Of a DNA stretch of 43,359 bases, positions 9,808 through 18,465 are shown in pieces. The stretch is taken from assembly GCA_967728665.1 (NCBI GenBank), contig CBQWHS010000001.1, positions 1 to 43,359 of the forward strand, written 5' to 3'. The translations under genes were made by a program, and so were the position numbers. The notes beneath the pieces are model-generated. The model was not told where the DNA came from and made no database searches. It saw only the letters and a program-made list of their open reading frames with translations. This stretch comes from an uncultured Chryseosolibacter sp. (lineage in GTDB: Bacteria > Bacteroidota > Bacteroidia > Cytophagales > Cyclobacteriaceae). Each line of letters begins with the position of its first letter. Positions within the stretch are counted from its first letter, which is position 1.

Positions 9808-10565
9808 AATTTTGTAATGCGGTTGTAGATCACTGGCTTTGTTTTATAGCTGCATACTGTTCGCACTTCCAATCCATATTGTCCTTTCACAGTCTTTGTC
9901 CAGCGCATCTGAATGCGATGCCACCAGCTTGAGTTTGATTTTTGAATCGGCTTTACCTTACAACCTTTCCCAAAGGCATTGGTTAGTACTGTGTAATACA
10001 AAGCATGTTTTCCTGCGGGACAATACACTGCAGTCATCACTTCAATGGCTGTGAAGCCTTTCAGGTTACCCAGTACCTTGTGCCACTTACCATCAGCGAT
10101 GATCTGACGCGGGTCAATCGCAGGATCGCTGAATCTCCCGACCCTTGATTTCATACCCACGCTTCCGTTCACATCCAGCTCAAGCGCTGGTGATGATGTA
10201 TTAATCCCTACCCTGCCATTCGTTTTTCCACTTCCATTCTGATCAGCTCCCGATCTGAAGGTGATAAGGTTACTGGAGTCCGTAGCACCTGGAATAACAA
10301 GAGAAATCCCTTCTGCTCCCGACTTGTCATCAGCAGTTTCAAATGAGAATGAAGGTGCGTTCTTTTGCAGATTGATATCATTCTTAAAAAATGATAGAAA
10401 CTTTTTGTTTGAAGGAGCCAGCCCGAGCCCGGTATCCGAGCTCGTTTTAATATTATCACTTGACTTGTGTACGAATGAGTCGATCAAGTCAGCAAAGTGT
10501 TGTTCCTTCGCCAACGCACCGTTGTGAAATTTTTTCTTTAAATCTTCTCTGGATAGTTCAGCCAT
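9798..10565 (-). CDS. Short eCIS tail fibre/adhesin-like protein
   Basis: N-terminal REDLKKKFHNG..EQHFADLIDS anchor-type motif, one fibre shaft repeat (GRVGINTSSPALELDVNG), basic aromatic C-terminal domain; sits between the two baseplate genes. Confidence 0.72.
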   Translation of the reverse strand: MAELSREDLKKKFHNGALAKEQHFADLIDSFVHKSSDNIKTSSDTGLGLAPSNKKFLSFFKNDINLQKNAPSFSFETADDKSGAEGISLVIPGATDSSNLITFRSGADQNGSGKTNGRVGINTSSPALELDVNGSVGMKSRVGRFSDPAIDPRQIIADGKWHKVLGNLKGFTAIEVMTAVYCPAGKHALYYTVLTNAFGKGCKVKPIQKSNSSWWHRIQMRWTKTVKGQYGLEVRTVCSYKTKPVIYNRITKLWN

Positions 10566-10570
10566 GGAGA

Positions 10571-13500
10571 TCAGTCAGTGATGTAAAAGTTTTCCCCTAT
10601 TCGAATTCCGTTATTAGTATCTGTCGAGCTATCAGTATCAGGCTTTGACGCATTTACGTTGATGATATGCTGAGGCGCACAAATGATCAGCGCCTGCGGC
10701 AGTACATCGTTAATATTTACTTTAGGATCATCGAGTGTAACTTTAAAATCTCTGACGTGCCTGATGTACTCCTGAGATTTTACAAACGAGTAAAGTTGAT
10801 TTGCTGAACCCGCTGAAGTGAACACAATTCCCTGAATAGGATTGTCCTTAATCCATGGACTCAGGAAATTGTTAATGTCATCGTTGAGCCTTTTGGCAAG
10901 TGCTGCGTCATGATTTAACGCTGAGAATACCACCTGACAACTTACAATGAGTCTATGGAATTTTGGATTTGAAATTTCATACTTCATCGAAGGCAACCCT
11001 GCCGATGAAAGAAAATTCAGTATACCGTCCATTACTTCTCCCAAGGCCAGGGGCTCATATTTATTGGGATGAGTCATGTCGGTAAAAGGAGTTACCACCA
11101 CGCTGATCGCGCCTGACGCATTCTTCCTGGAATTTGGTATCGCTACTACTTTGAATATCTGCGGGAACTCGTTCAACACAATACTTTCTATATCGGAAAC
11201 TGATGTTATTCTTTTTTTATAGCGAAGTCTTGTAGCCACATCGCGTCTGAATTCATGTTCCGTTTGCGCAGATACTGCACCGTATGAAATGATGGGCTGA
11301 ACAATCTTTTTTACACCCGGCATGGAGCTGACGAAATGCGAAATTGTTCCAGTTGGTACTGGTATCAATTTGTTATCAGTATTCAGCACGCGCTCTACCA
11401 TCACAGCTTGCGTAGAAACAAACTGGGTGGTGATATCAGCGATTGTATTTTTGCCCATTCTGAACCAATACAACTTTGTCATTTCTGTACTGCTATTGGT
11501 TGCGTCAGCTGGCACAGAAAAACGGAGTATGCCCGTGCATTGAAAACCTTCTGTGCTATCGCTTAGCAGGGTCAAAGGTTTCCATCCGGAAACGGATAAG
11601 TACTCGTACGTAACGTCTGCTCCACCTGTGCTGACGACTGACCCGGTTCTATTGTTCAGAACAAAACAAAGTGACAGATCAGTATTTAAAACAAGATCAT
11701 CAAATGCAAAATAGTTGTAAGAGACACAAGGATAATTGGGAAGTAAAGGAACTGGACTTTTGGAAAGAGAAATTTCATTTATCCCAAACGGATGAAGATG
11801 GAAGCACTTGAGAGAAGAAGGCACTGCCGCATGGTATTGTTGTGAGGAACTGTAATCTACTTCCAATACTTTGATCTTCGGCACATATGGAATATTCGGA
11901 AGCGGATTGAGCTTTTTCTTCTTGAAAGTCAGAATCTTTGCGTTGTCTATAATGATCTCGCTATTCGTCATGGCAACGCTCGACACAATAGTAGGATAAT
12001 CGATATATCCAAAACCCTTCGAAGGCGATGATAAGGTGAGGCAGAAGAAACCCTCTTGTAACGTATTGTTTAACCCGGAGAATGAAGGCAAGTCAGGATT
12101 TGACGGAAGTGACGCTGTGCTCTCTTTTATAACCGCCTTGTTGATAACAATTTTTTTCTTTCCATCAACAACAATTGTATGTTCAGGAAAATCACTAACG
12201 GCGTCATCTGTGAATAATTTGAATTTAGGCAAAGTTTTGCCGGTCGCAGATACACTCACAGCGGGTACCCATACACCATTGGCAAGAGTAGAAACAGTTA
12301 CAGCAAATGCCTGGTTTTGAAAAACAGGTTTTAGGATCGTTGCCAGATCAAGAGGAGCAGCATAGTAATCATTATAGGCCTGATAGTAGTCTTTAAAACT
12401 TTTCGGCAGTTTGTCCCATGTAATGGTGAGCGTAACATCGCTGAGCTGCTTCACAAAGAGCTCTTGTCCACCGATATATAAATTATTTCCCTGCGTGGAA
12501 ACATTGAAAGGACTGAACGGAACACTTGGCGATAATTTTCCAGAATCATTTTCAACCAAAAAATTGGATAGTCCTTTAACAGAAGCAGAAACCGATACCG
12601 AGCTGACGGACAGTTCTTTTAATTTATTGTAAACACGTTTGCCGGAACTGGCAAGCGAAATTTTACAAACCGGCCAGCGTGTATCGAAGCCGGTGCCGTG
12701 TAATTTTTCAGAATACGCTATAACAGCAGGATCTGCTGGATTTAATGAGAAGGAAATAACAAAAGTCTTTTCCTTGTTATTATAGACAACAGCATCAATA
12801 TTGGCCGTAAACCAGCCCGTTGCTGAAGTAAGCCGCAAATCAAAAATCTGATGGGAAGGTAGATCGTCGAACACATTTCCGTCAGTGGTGTTTATACTAA
12901 AAGTGATCTTTACCTGACGGGAGCTTTGCGCGAGAAACAAGTCAGGACATGAAAAAGCAAACCCAAGAGTAGCTGAGGTCACCGTTACGTTTTCACCTGA
13001 AGCGTTTGCTCCGAAGAGCGGCCATGGCGAATTGCCAATCTCATTGAATTTCTTTACTGTACCCGTGAGTATATCATGATCTACTGGCGTTCCACTTGAA
13101 GTGAAAGTTAGCGTTAGAAAATCGGCTATGCGTGTCTTTGTAACTACGGTGTCTTCCGTAGTGGAAAAAACTATCGGTTGATCATTACTGGTTTTTCCTG
13201 CATCTGTCTGTGTGCCTTTGGCAATCAGCTGTTGATCTGTTCCTGTCGCCAGCTCTAAAGTGATGATTGCCTTATCCGGCTGAGCTTTCTTCTTTGTTCC
13301 TCGTAAAAGTTCCTGATAATAAAAATCCAGGTGCCGGCTTGTGATGGTGTTCATGGCATCCTGCTGATATTTGAAAATATCAATGAATGATAGCATGAGC
13401 CCCACATGCGGAGGAATATCATTGCGCCGCAGTGATCGTTCAAATTCTTCACAAGCTTCCGATACAATTTCGTCGACCCAGCTAAAAAGTCGCTGACCGT

Positions 13501-14122
13501 ACCGTGAAGCCTCGGCCAGCGAAAACTTTTTAAACTGTTCTGGAAACGGATTAAAGCCCCAGTGTCGATCTAAACCTGTAAACAAGCGCAGCGCCTCATT
13601 TCCGAAAGCAGGGTTCGTTTCAGTAAGCGTAAAGTAATGGCCATAGAATGTGCGAAGCATCTCGCTCCCGTTCGACGTGATCTCATTTTTCAAGTACAGC
13701 GTCATTTCGGCGGCCGAAAAATTTTGACTGGATAATTTGTACCAGGCGTTGACCTGTAGAACTGTTTCAAATCCGAGTTGAAAAAGCTTTTGAATAAACG
13801 TTAATCGTTCTTCCTGCAATGGTTCTAACTCAATGGCATTCTGAAAACCAAGAAGCTGGTTAAGTTTTTCAGTTCCATCGTACTGCGATATTCTTGCGGT
13901 GAGCACTGTTACATCGGATAGCATCAATGTATCCCATGCGCCATCTTTGTTTCCGTTCAGACTATAATAGTCGAGGACAGAGGCGACTGCTGCACTGTAC
14001 GAGAGCAATTTCTTAGAGTCTCTTTCGTCAACGGAAAAGTAATTGGGTTGTAAAGCAGCTGGTGTTTGTTCTCCCTGAACAGTTCCTTTAAGCAAACGCA
14101 ATATGTTGATTGACTTGCTCAA
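10571..14122 (-). CDS. eCIS baseplate J/gp47-like protein (Afp11/Pvc11-like)
   Basis: ALQPNYFSVDER, PHVGLMLSF..RHLDFYYQELL, DSTEGFQCTGILRF, YWFR, RLRYKKR and NFLSPW motifs. TTG start overlaps the gp25 TGA stop. Confidence 0.9.
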   Translation of the reverse strand: MSKSINILRLLKGTVQGEQTPAALQPNYFSVDERDSKKLLSYSAAVASVLDYYSLNGNKDGAWDTLMLSDVTVLTARISQYDGTEKLNQLLGFQNAIELEPLQEERLTFIQKLFQLGFETVLQVNAWYKLSSQNFSAAEMTLYLKNEITSNGSEMLRTFYGHYFTLTETNPAFGNEALRLFTGLDRHWGFNPFPEQFKKFSLAEASRYGQRLFSWVDEIVSEACEEFERSLRRNDIPPHVGLMLSFIDIFKYQQDAMNTITSRHLDFYYQELLRGTKKKAQPDKAIITLELATGTDQQLIAKGTQTDAGKTSNDQPIVFSTTEDTVVTKTRIADFLTLTFTSSGTPVDHDILTGTVKKFNEIGNSPWPLFGANASGENVTVTSATLGFAFSCPDLFLAQSSRQVKITFSINTTDGNVFDDLPSHQIFDLRLTSATGWFTANIDAVVYNNKEKTFVISFSLNPADPAVIAYSEKLHGTGFDTRWPVCKISLASSGKRVYNKLKELSVSSVSVSASVKGLSNFLVENDSGKLSPSVPFSPFNVSTQGNNLYIGGQELFVKQLSDVTLTITWDKLPKSFKDYYQAYNDYYAAPLDLATILKPVFQNQAFAVTVSTLANGVWVPAVSVSATGKTLPKFKLFTDDAVSDFPEHTIVVDGKKKIVINKAVIKESTASLPSNPDLPSFSGLNNTLQEGFFCLTLSSPSKGFGYIDYPTIVSSVAMTNSEIIIDNAKILTFKKKKLNPLPNIPYVPKIKVLEVDYSSSQQYHAAVPSSLKCFHLHPFGINEISLSKSPVPLLPNYPCVSYNYFAFDDLVLNTDLSLCFVLNNRTGSVVSTGGADVTYEYLSVSGWKPLTLLSDSTEGFQCTGILRFSVPADATNSSTEMTKLYWFRMGKNTIADITTQFVSTQAVMVERVLNTDNKLIPVPTGTISHFVSSMPGVKKIVQPIISYGAVSAQTEHEFRRDVATRLRYKKRITSVSDIESIVLNEFPQIFKVVAIPNSRKNASGAISVVVTPFTDMTHPNKYEPLALGEVMDGILNFLSSAGLPSMKYEISNPKFHRLIVSCQVVFSALNHDAALAKRLNDDINNFLSPWIKDNPIQGIVFTSAGSANQLYSFVKSQEYIRHVRDFKVTLDDPKVNINDVLPQALIICAPQHIINVNASKPDTDSSTDTNNGIRIGENFYITD

Positions 14123-14541
14123 GCAGATTCAATAAGGTTAGTGCCTTCGATGATGTGAAATGGGAATACAAAATTTCTCCTGCTGTTACTTGTTCGAATA
14201 ACGTAGCCGACGCTGACAACAAGTCTACTTTGGTCTGATGGATCGGGAGTAACTGTTATTTCTGAAAGTTTAACACGCGGCTCGTACAGGAGAATTGCGT
14301 TTTTTACTGTGTCCTGAATTGAACTATACAGATCGCCATCGGAGCCATCAAACACCAGTGAACGCAGCACGGTGCCATAATTTTCATTCATTAATCGCTC
14401 GCCGCATTGCGTTGAAAATAAAACCGAAAGACACTCTCTTATATTTTGATCGTCGCTCGACAACAAAACCGAATTCATGTCCCGTACAAACGCTGGTGGA
14501 AATGTCCAACCCTGACCTAAAAATGATTTTGCCTTTTTCAT
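14119..14541 (-). CDS. GPW/gp25-family baseplate wedge / sheath initiator (Afp9-like)
   Basis: SFLGQGWTFPP, LFSTQCGERLM..YG, YEPRV and NSRRNFVFPF. ATG 14541 preferred over GTG 14559. Confidence 0.92.
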   Translation of the reverse strand: MKKAKSFLGQGWTFPPAFVRDMNSVLLSSDDQNIRECLSVLFSTQCGERLMNENYGTVLRSLVFDGSDGDLYSSIQDTVKNAILLYEPRVKLSEITVTPDPSDQSRLVVSVGYVIRTSNSRRNFVFPFHIIEGTNLIESA

Positions 14542-14551
14542 TCTGTTATTT

Positions 14552-14851
14552 TTATCCACCTATCATTACTGTTGGCGCTCCGAGCATGATTGTTCCACCG
14601 TGTGCAGTGGTGTCGCCCATTCGTGCAGCTGGCATTCCTCCGATCATCACGGAAGAAGAACCTTTCACAATCGTATCCGGCGGTCCTACGCAAACAAGCA
14701 TATCTCCTACTCTTGCTGCGGGCAAACTAACAATCAGAACATTCGGTTGACCAGGTCCGACAACAGGTCCACCGACATGTGGAATTGGTGGCAAGCCTGG
14801 AGTTACCATCGGGCACTGATGAAAATCTGTAAGTCGCGCAGCTGGAGGCAT
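14552..14851 (-). CDS. PAAR spike-tip protein (Afp10-like)
   Basis: Three PAAR motifs (PPAARLTD, LPAARVGD, MPAARMGD) with His/Cys residues suited to metal binding; no C-terminal extension. Confidence 0.96.
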   Translation of the reverse strand: MPPAARLTDFHQCPMVTPGLPPIPHVGGPVVGPGQPNVLIVSLPAARVGDMLVCVGPPDTIVKGSSSVMIGGMPAARMGDTTAHGGTIMLGAPTVMIGG

Positions 14852-14882
14852 ATTGCTTTTGTTATTGGATGTTTTTAATTTT

Positions 14883-16670
14883 TCAATTGATCATTACTAT
14901 TGCTCCCTGCACTTTTACTTCGCCCGAGGCTGTCAGCTGTGCTGAGAGATTACCTTGGGCCTTGTACGACAACTGAGCTTCATTCGAAATATTCATCGCT
15001 TGTGCAGTGAGATCGCCACCGGAGACTTTTATCGTTGTCCCTGTGGTCGACTCCAGCGTCATCGTAGTTGCAGCCTTGATCGTGACCGCGGAAGCGCTGC
15101 TGATGTCTATTCCACTGGAAGACATTTTTATCGTGTTGCCGTTCTGGTCTGATAATTTTATGCTCTTGTCTTCATCGCTGAAGACAATCTGATTGTTGCC
15201 GGGAGTCGTTATCGTAATGATTTTCTTATCCTCCTGAAATTCCATTTTCATTTTGGTTCGCGTAACCAATGCCTTGGTGTTATTTTGTTCATCGGGCGTG
15301 AATGCTGGAGCACGACTACTGCTGTATAGCGAACCCAGTATCACAGGAAATCGAGGATCATCATTGAAGAAGCCAACAATAACTTCATCGTTTACTTCGG
15401 GATAAAAGAATGAACCGAAAGAAGACGATGCGTAGAAATTTCCTAAGCGCGCCCACACACCATCGCCACCTACTCCCACCATGGGCAAGTCAATCTTCAC
15501 TCTTAGTTCCTTGTCGGGATCAGCATTAATTTGCTTCACGATCCCAACTTGCAGCCCCTGAATTCCCGGAAGCAAGCCTGAAGCCATGGGCGCTTCTACT
15601 TTCATTTCTGAAACCACCCAATCAGGCGAAAGCCCCATTGTTACTGTGGTGATCCAGTTTCCGTCCAGCAACTCCTGCTTTACGCCAGAGACAAATCCTT
15701 TTCCATTGAATTTCTTTCCCAGACCTTTCAATTCGAGCAATACTCCTGGCTGCACACTATTGCTGCCTTGGAATTTAATGGTGCCGCGCATCTTAGTATA
15801 TTTTGATTTGGCAGCTTTAGCTTTTGCCCAACTGGTAAGCGCATCCTTTTCAATGAATGCTCCGCTTTGAAGATCGAAGGAAGAGAGATTCAACACTCCA
15901 GCCAGTTTATCTGTCAATAAGCTGCCTGAACCAAAATTGGAAGGTTGTTGTGTGGATGACACCACGGACTGGCTCTTGATGTCCCATGAAGAAGCCTTGA
16001 TTGACTTGAACTGATTTTCGGCGTCAATCTCTCCCTCAAACTCGAAAACGTCTACACCGTATGTGAGTGTTAGTGCTTCCGAGGTAATACTATCCGGTTG
16101 TTTCACGCTCACGGTTCCATTGTTAACGAACACGATCATCCCATTTGCATCGGCTCTCGCTAGCATAAAATCCCAATCGGTGGCATAGTACTGAATGACT
16201 TCTTTTAGTTGTGGGGATGTTGATGCTACATCTGCCGAAAGGCCAGCGTTTCCAATCAATGTAGAGATAACATTGCTGTCAGTAGTGTTGGTGTAGTAGG
16301 CATTCATCCGCGTCTTGGTCATTTTTACTGCCGAGTCTTTACACACAACCCTCAATACGGGTCCGTCTACTCTGCTCACGTGAATGCTGTGTTTAACGAT
16401 GATGCCCTGAAAGATTGATTGGTTGGTATTTTCATAGCCAGCCATTACCACTACTTTGTTGCCGGGTTCGAATATGCTTCCGTCACTGATTGGGAAATCT
16501 TCTGTGTCTGGGCACCCATCGAGGATCTCGATCTCGCAATAGGGAATTTTATTTACGCTTGCATCAACTAAAATTGAAAGCACGTTATAAGTGCTGTCGA
16601 TAGTTTGCCCGTTCACCTTTACCGTGTAGGTAAGCAAGTCACAATTGGGAACAACAGGTGAGGCAGCCAT
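14883..16670 (-). CDS. vgrG: VgrG-like central spike (Afp8/Pvc8-like)
   Basis: gp27-like hub (QYYATDWDFMLARADANG), gp5 OB fold (VWARL..FFYPEVNDEVIVGFFNDDPRFPVILGSLYS), and beta-helix C-terminus ending VKVQGAIVMIN. Confidence 0.93.
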   Translation of the reverse strand: MAASPVVPNCDLLTYTVKVNGQTIDSTYNVLSILVDASVNKIPYCEIEILDGCPDTEDFPISDGSIFEPGNKVVVMAGYENTNQSIFQGIIVKHSIHVSRVDGPVLRVVCKDSAVKMTKTRMNAYYTNTTDSNVISTLIGNAGLSADVASTSPQLKEVIQYYATDWDFMLARADANGMIVFVNNGTVSVKQPDSITSEALTLTYGVDVFEFEGEIDAENQFKSIKASSWDIKSQSVVSSTQQPSNFGSGSLLTDKLAGVLNLSSFDLQSGAFIEKDALTSWAKAKAAKSKYTKMRGTIKFQGSNSVQPGVLLELKGLGKKFNGKGFVSGVKQELLDGNWITTVTMGLSPDWVVSEMKVEAPMASGLLPGIQGLQVGIVKQINADPDKELRVKIDLPMVGVGGDGVWARLGNFYASSSFGSFFYPEVNDEVIVGFFNDDPRFPVILGSLYSSSRAPAFTPDEQNNTKALVTRTKMKMEFQEDKKIITITTPGNNQIVFSDEDKSIKLSDQNGNTIKMSSSGIDISSASAVTIKAATTMTLESTTGTTIKVSGGDLTAQAMNISNEAQLSYKAQGNLSAQLTASGEVKVQGAIVMIN

Positions 16671-16678
16671 AGTTATAG

Positions 16679-17335
16679 TTATATCAATGGTGGAAAATAG
16701 ATTGTTGTTCCGGGACGCAGGTATCTGAAATTTTCGAGATTGTTGTACGCAGCCACCTTCAGATAATGACTACTATCTCCATAAATTTTTGACGATAGCG
16801 CAGGAAGAGTGTCCCCTGCTTTCACAATCCATTCGTGCGTCATGTCGGGTGAACCATTGTCGGCAGTGGCAGCGTTCTGAGTCGGGTTCTGGTATTCTTT
16901 AAAACTAACGGAAGCCTTTGCGCGTAATGGAGAGCCATCCACCTTGAAGAGCGTGTAACTAAAACTAAGCGAGGTAAGCTGACATTTGAAATTCATTCCC
17001 TTACCCCAGATCAGTTTTATGTAATTAGGTTTGTGAATATCTCCATTGTAGTCATACACAACCTTTTTAAAACTGGCGATGTCAGCCGAGACGTCTGTGC
17101 GGCTGGATGACAAGATTCCTGTTCCGTCAAAAAGCAATTCGAAATTGAGACCTTGGGGAGTCGATTTTTTGTATTTGATACTTGCGTTCGGTGTTCCTAA
17201 TCCCTGTTCGTCATTGAAAGAGATCTCGTAATTTTGCGTGTACTTATCCGGGTTGATCAACGCCCGATATGACCCCGTGGTGGAACTAAACGAGTTGTCT
17301 TTGTAGCCTTTGATAGTGAGGTATTGCAATGACAT
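16679..17335 (-). CDS. CIS tube-initiator protein with C-terminal LysM domain (Afp7/Pvc7-like)
   Basis: INPDKY, FELLFDGTG, YTLFKVDGSPLRAK, then LysM VKAGDTLPALSSKIYGD..VAAYNNL..LRPGTTIYFP. Confidence 0.92.
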   Translation of the reverse strand: MSLQYLTIKGYKDNSFSSTTGSYRALINPDKYTQNYEISFNDEQGLGTPNASIKYKKSTPQGLNFELLFDGTGILSSSRTDVSADIASFKKVVYDYNGDIHKPNYIKLIWGKGMNFKCQLTSLSFSYTLFKVDGSPLRAKASVSFKEYQNPTQNAATADNGSPDMTHEWIVKAGDTLPALSSKIYGDSSHYLKVAAYNNLENFRYLRPGTTIYFPPLI

Positions 17336-17336
17336 A

Positions 17337-17498
17337 TTATCGCTCCGCTTTTTTATTTAGTCTCCTGAGTATTTTTTCCACGCACCGTTCAATAATCTCC
17401 TTTTCATTGATCTTCATATCCTTCGCCTGCGTTCTCTTCGCGCCAGGCTCATCTGTTACATGCATGCGGATAACCAGCTCTCTTATTTCGATCGGCAT
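17337..17498 (-). CDS. Small eCIS protein (DUF5908 / Afp6 / Alg6 plug-like), 53 aa, absent from the ORF track
   Basis: Hand translation: MPIEIRELVIRMHVTDEPGAKRTQAKDMKINEKEIIERCVEKILRRLNKKAER. ATG overlaps the tube stop (TGATG), and the stop lies 1 bp before the next ATG. MPIEIREL..IIERCVE..L..K.ER pattern. Confidence 0.88.
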   Translation of the reverse strand: MPIEIRELVIRMHVTDEPGAKRTQAKDMKINEKEIIERCVEKILRRLNKKAER

Positions 17499-17950
17499 CA
17501 GGAATTCTTTTTGAAATAGTTATAGGCAAATTCAAGTGTCTCAATCGCGTAGGCATTTTCCATCGACTTAAATTCGGATATTCCCCACTTCACCGGATAA
17601 GCGTTAAGGAAATCCCAGCTTACCATGGGCTTGCCATCTTTACCTAACAATTTCACAGTTATAGTTTTAGGTGATATGGCTTTGATAAGCCCTCCACCAA
17701 TTGTTTCGTTGCACCATTTTGCCAGATCAGAGCTGGTTGTAATGAAGCCACGCTTTAATAAGAGATTTCCATATTTTATCTGACCTGGCAGTTTGTACTT
17801 AAATCTGTTTTCACCACCACACGCAACTTCTTCAGTCTCCATATCTGCGGTGATACCCGACACTTCCTGGAATGCAGCATCGGTCTGACTGGAGATGCCA
17901 CTGAAGCTAAGAGCAAAATAAAATGAAGCCGGTGGATAGAAGACTGCCAT
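17498..17950 (-). CDS. T4 gp19-like tail tube protein 2 (Afp5-like)
   Basis: YPPASFYF, FQEVSGI, GGENRFKYKLP, NLLLKRG, AYPVKW and IETLEFAY. Confidence 0.94.
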   Translation of the reverse strand: MAVFYPPASFYFALSFSGISSQTDAAFQEVSGITADMETEEVACGGENRFKYKLPGQIKYGNLLLKRGFITTSSDLAKWCNETIGGGLIKAISPKTITVKLLGKDGKPMVSWDFLNAYPVKWGISEFKSMENAYAIETLEFAYNYFKKNS

Positions 17951-17962
17951 TTAGCGCGAGGA

Positions 17963-18427
17963 TTATGAACCGTTCTTAATCGTTATTCCTTCGTGCACGA
18001 TCTCGATCGTATCAATTGCCACTTCGTTGCCGTCCGATTTAAGATCAGTGCTGCTGATCTTGGTGGGCCATGCGTTGTTCAACGTCCAGGTCACTACAGT
18101 TCCGCCAGCCTGATCGAGCAGTTTAATGACCACGGTCTGTCGTTGGATCGTATTCATTTTGATCTGGTTGTACCATGTCCAGAAGATATTGTCGTTGGCG
18201 AAGACACCGCGCTTCATCGTAACATTACCGTACTTTGCAATGCCAGGCATTTTCACCGTTGAAAATACCTTACTGTTCGAATCACGGTATTCGATAACCT
18301 GAGTTTCAGCTTCCAATCCGGAAACCTCTTGAAATGAAATGTTGGTTTTTACTGTGCCCCAATCTACAGAGAACCGAAATTTCGGCATGGGCCAGGGTGT
18401 GCCTTGTGCTGTTCCATTATTTGCCAT
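17963..18427 (-). CDS. T4 gp19-like major tail tube protein (Afp1-like)
   Basis: WPMPKFRFSV, FQEVSGL, IEYR, KMPG..GNVTMKRG, NAWPTK and NEVAIDTIEIVHEG. Confidence 0.95.
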   Translation of the reverse strand: MANNGTAQGTPWPMPKFRFSVDWGTVKTNISFQEVSGLEAETQVIEYRDSNSKVFSTVKMPGIAKYGNVTMKRGVFANDNIFWTWYNQIKMNTIQRQTVVIKLLDQAGGTVVTWTLNNAWPTKISSTDLKSDGNEVAIDTIEIVHEGITIKNGS

Positions 18428-18465
18428 GTTCTTAAGCTTTTATTTTTTTAATTGATATTTCTGAC

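Noticed and set aside
14295-14878. Plus-strand ORFs of 151 and 92 aa
   Set aside because: Antisense to PAAR and gp25, which carry clear family motifs.
17329-17514. 61-aa plus-strand ORF in the tube-LysM gap
   Set aside because: Antisense to the real 53-aa minus-strand plug-like gene.
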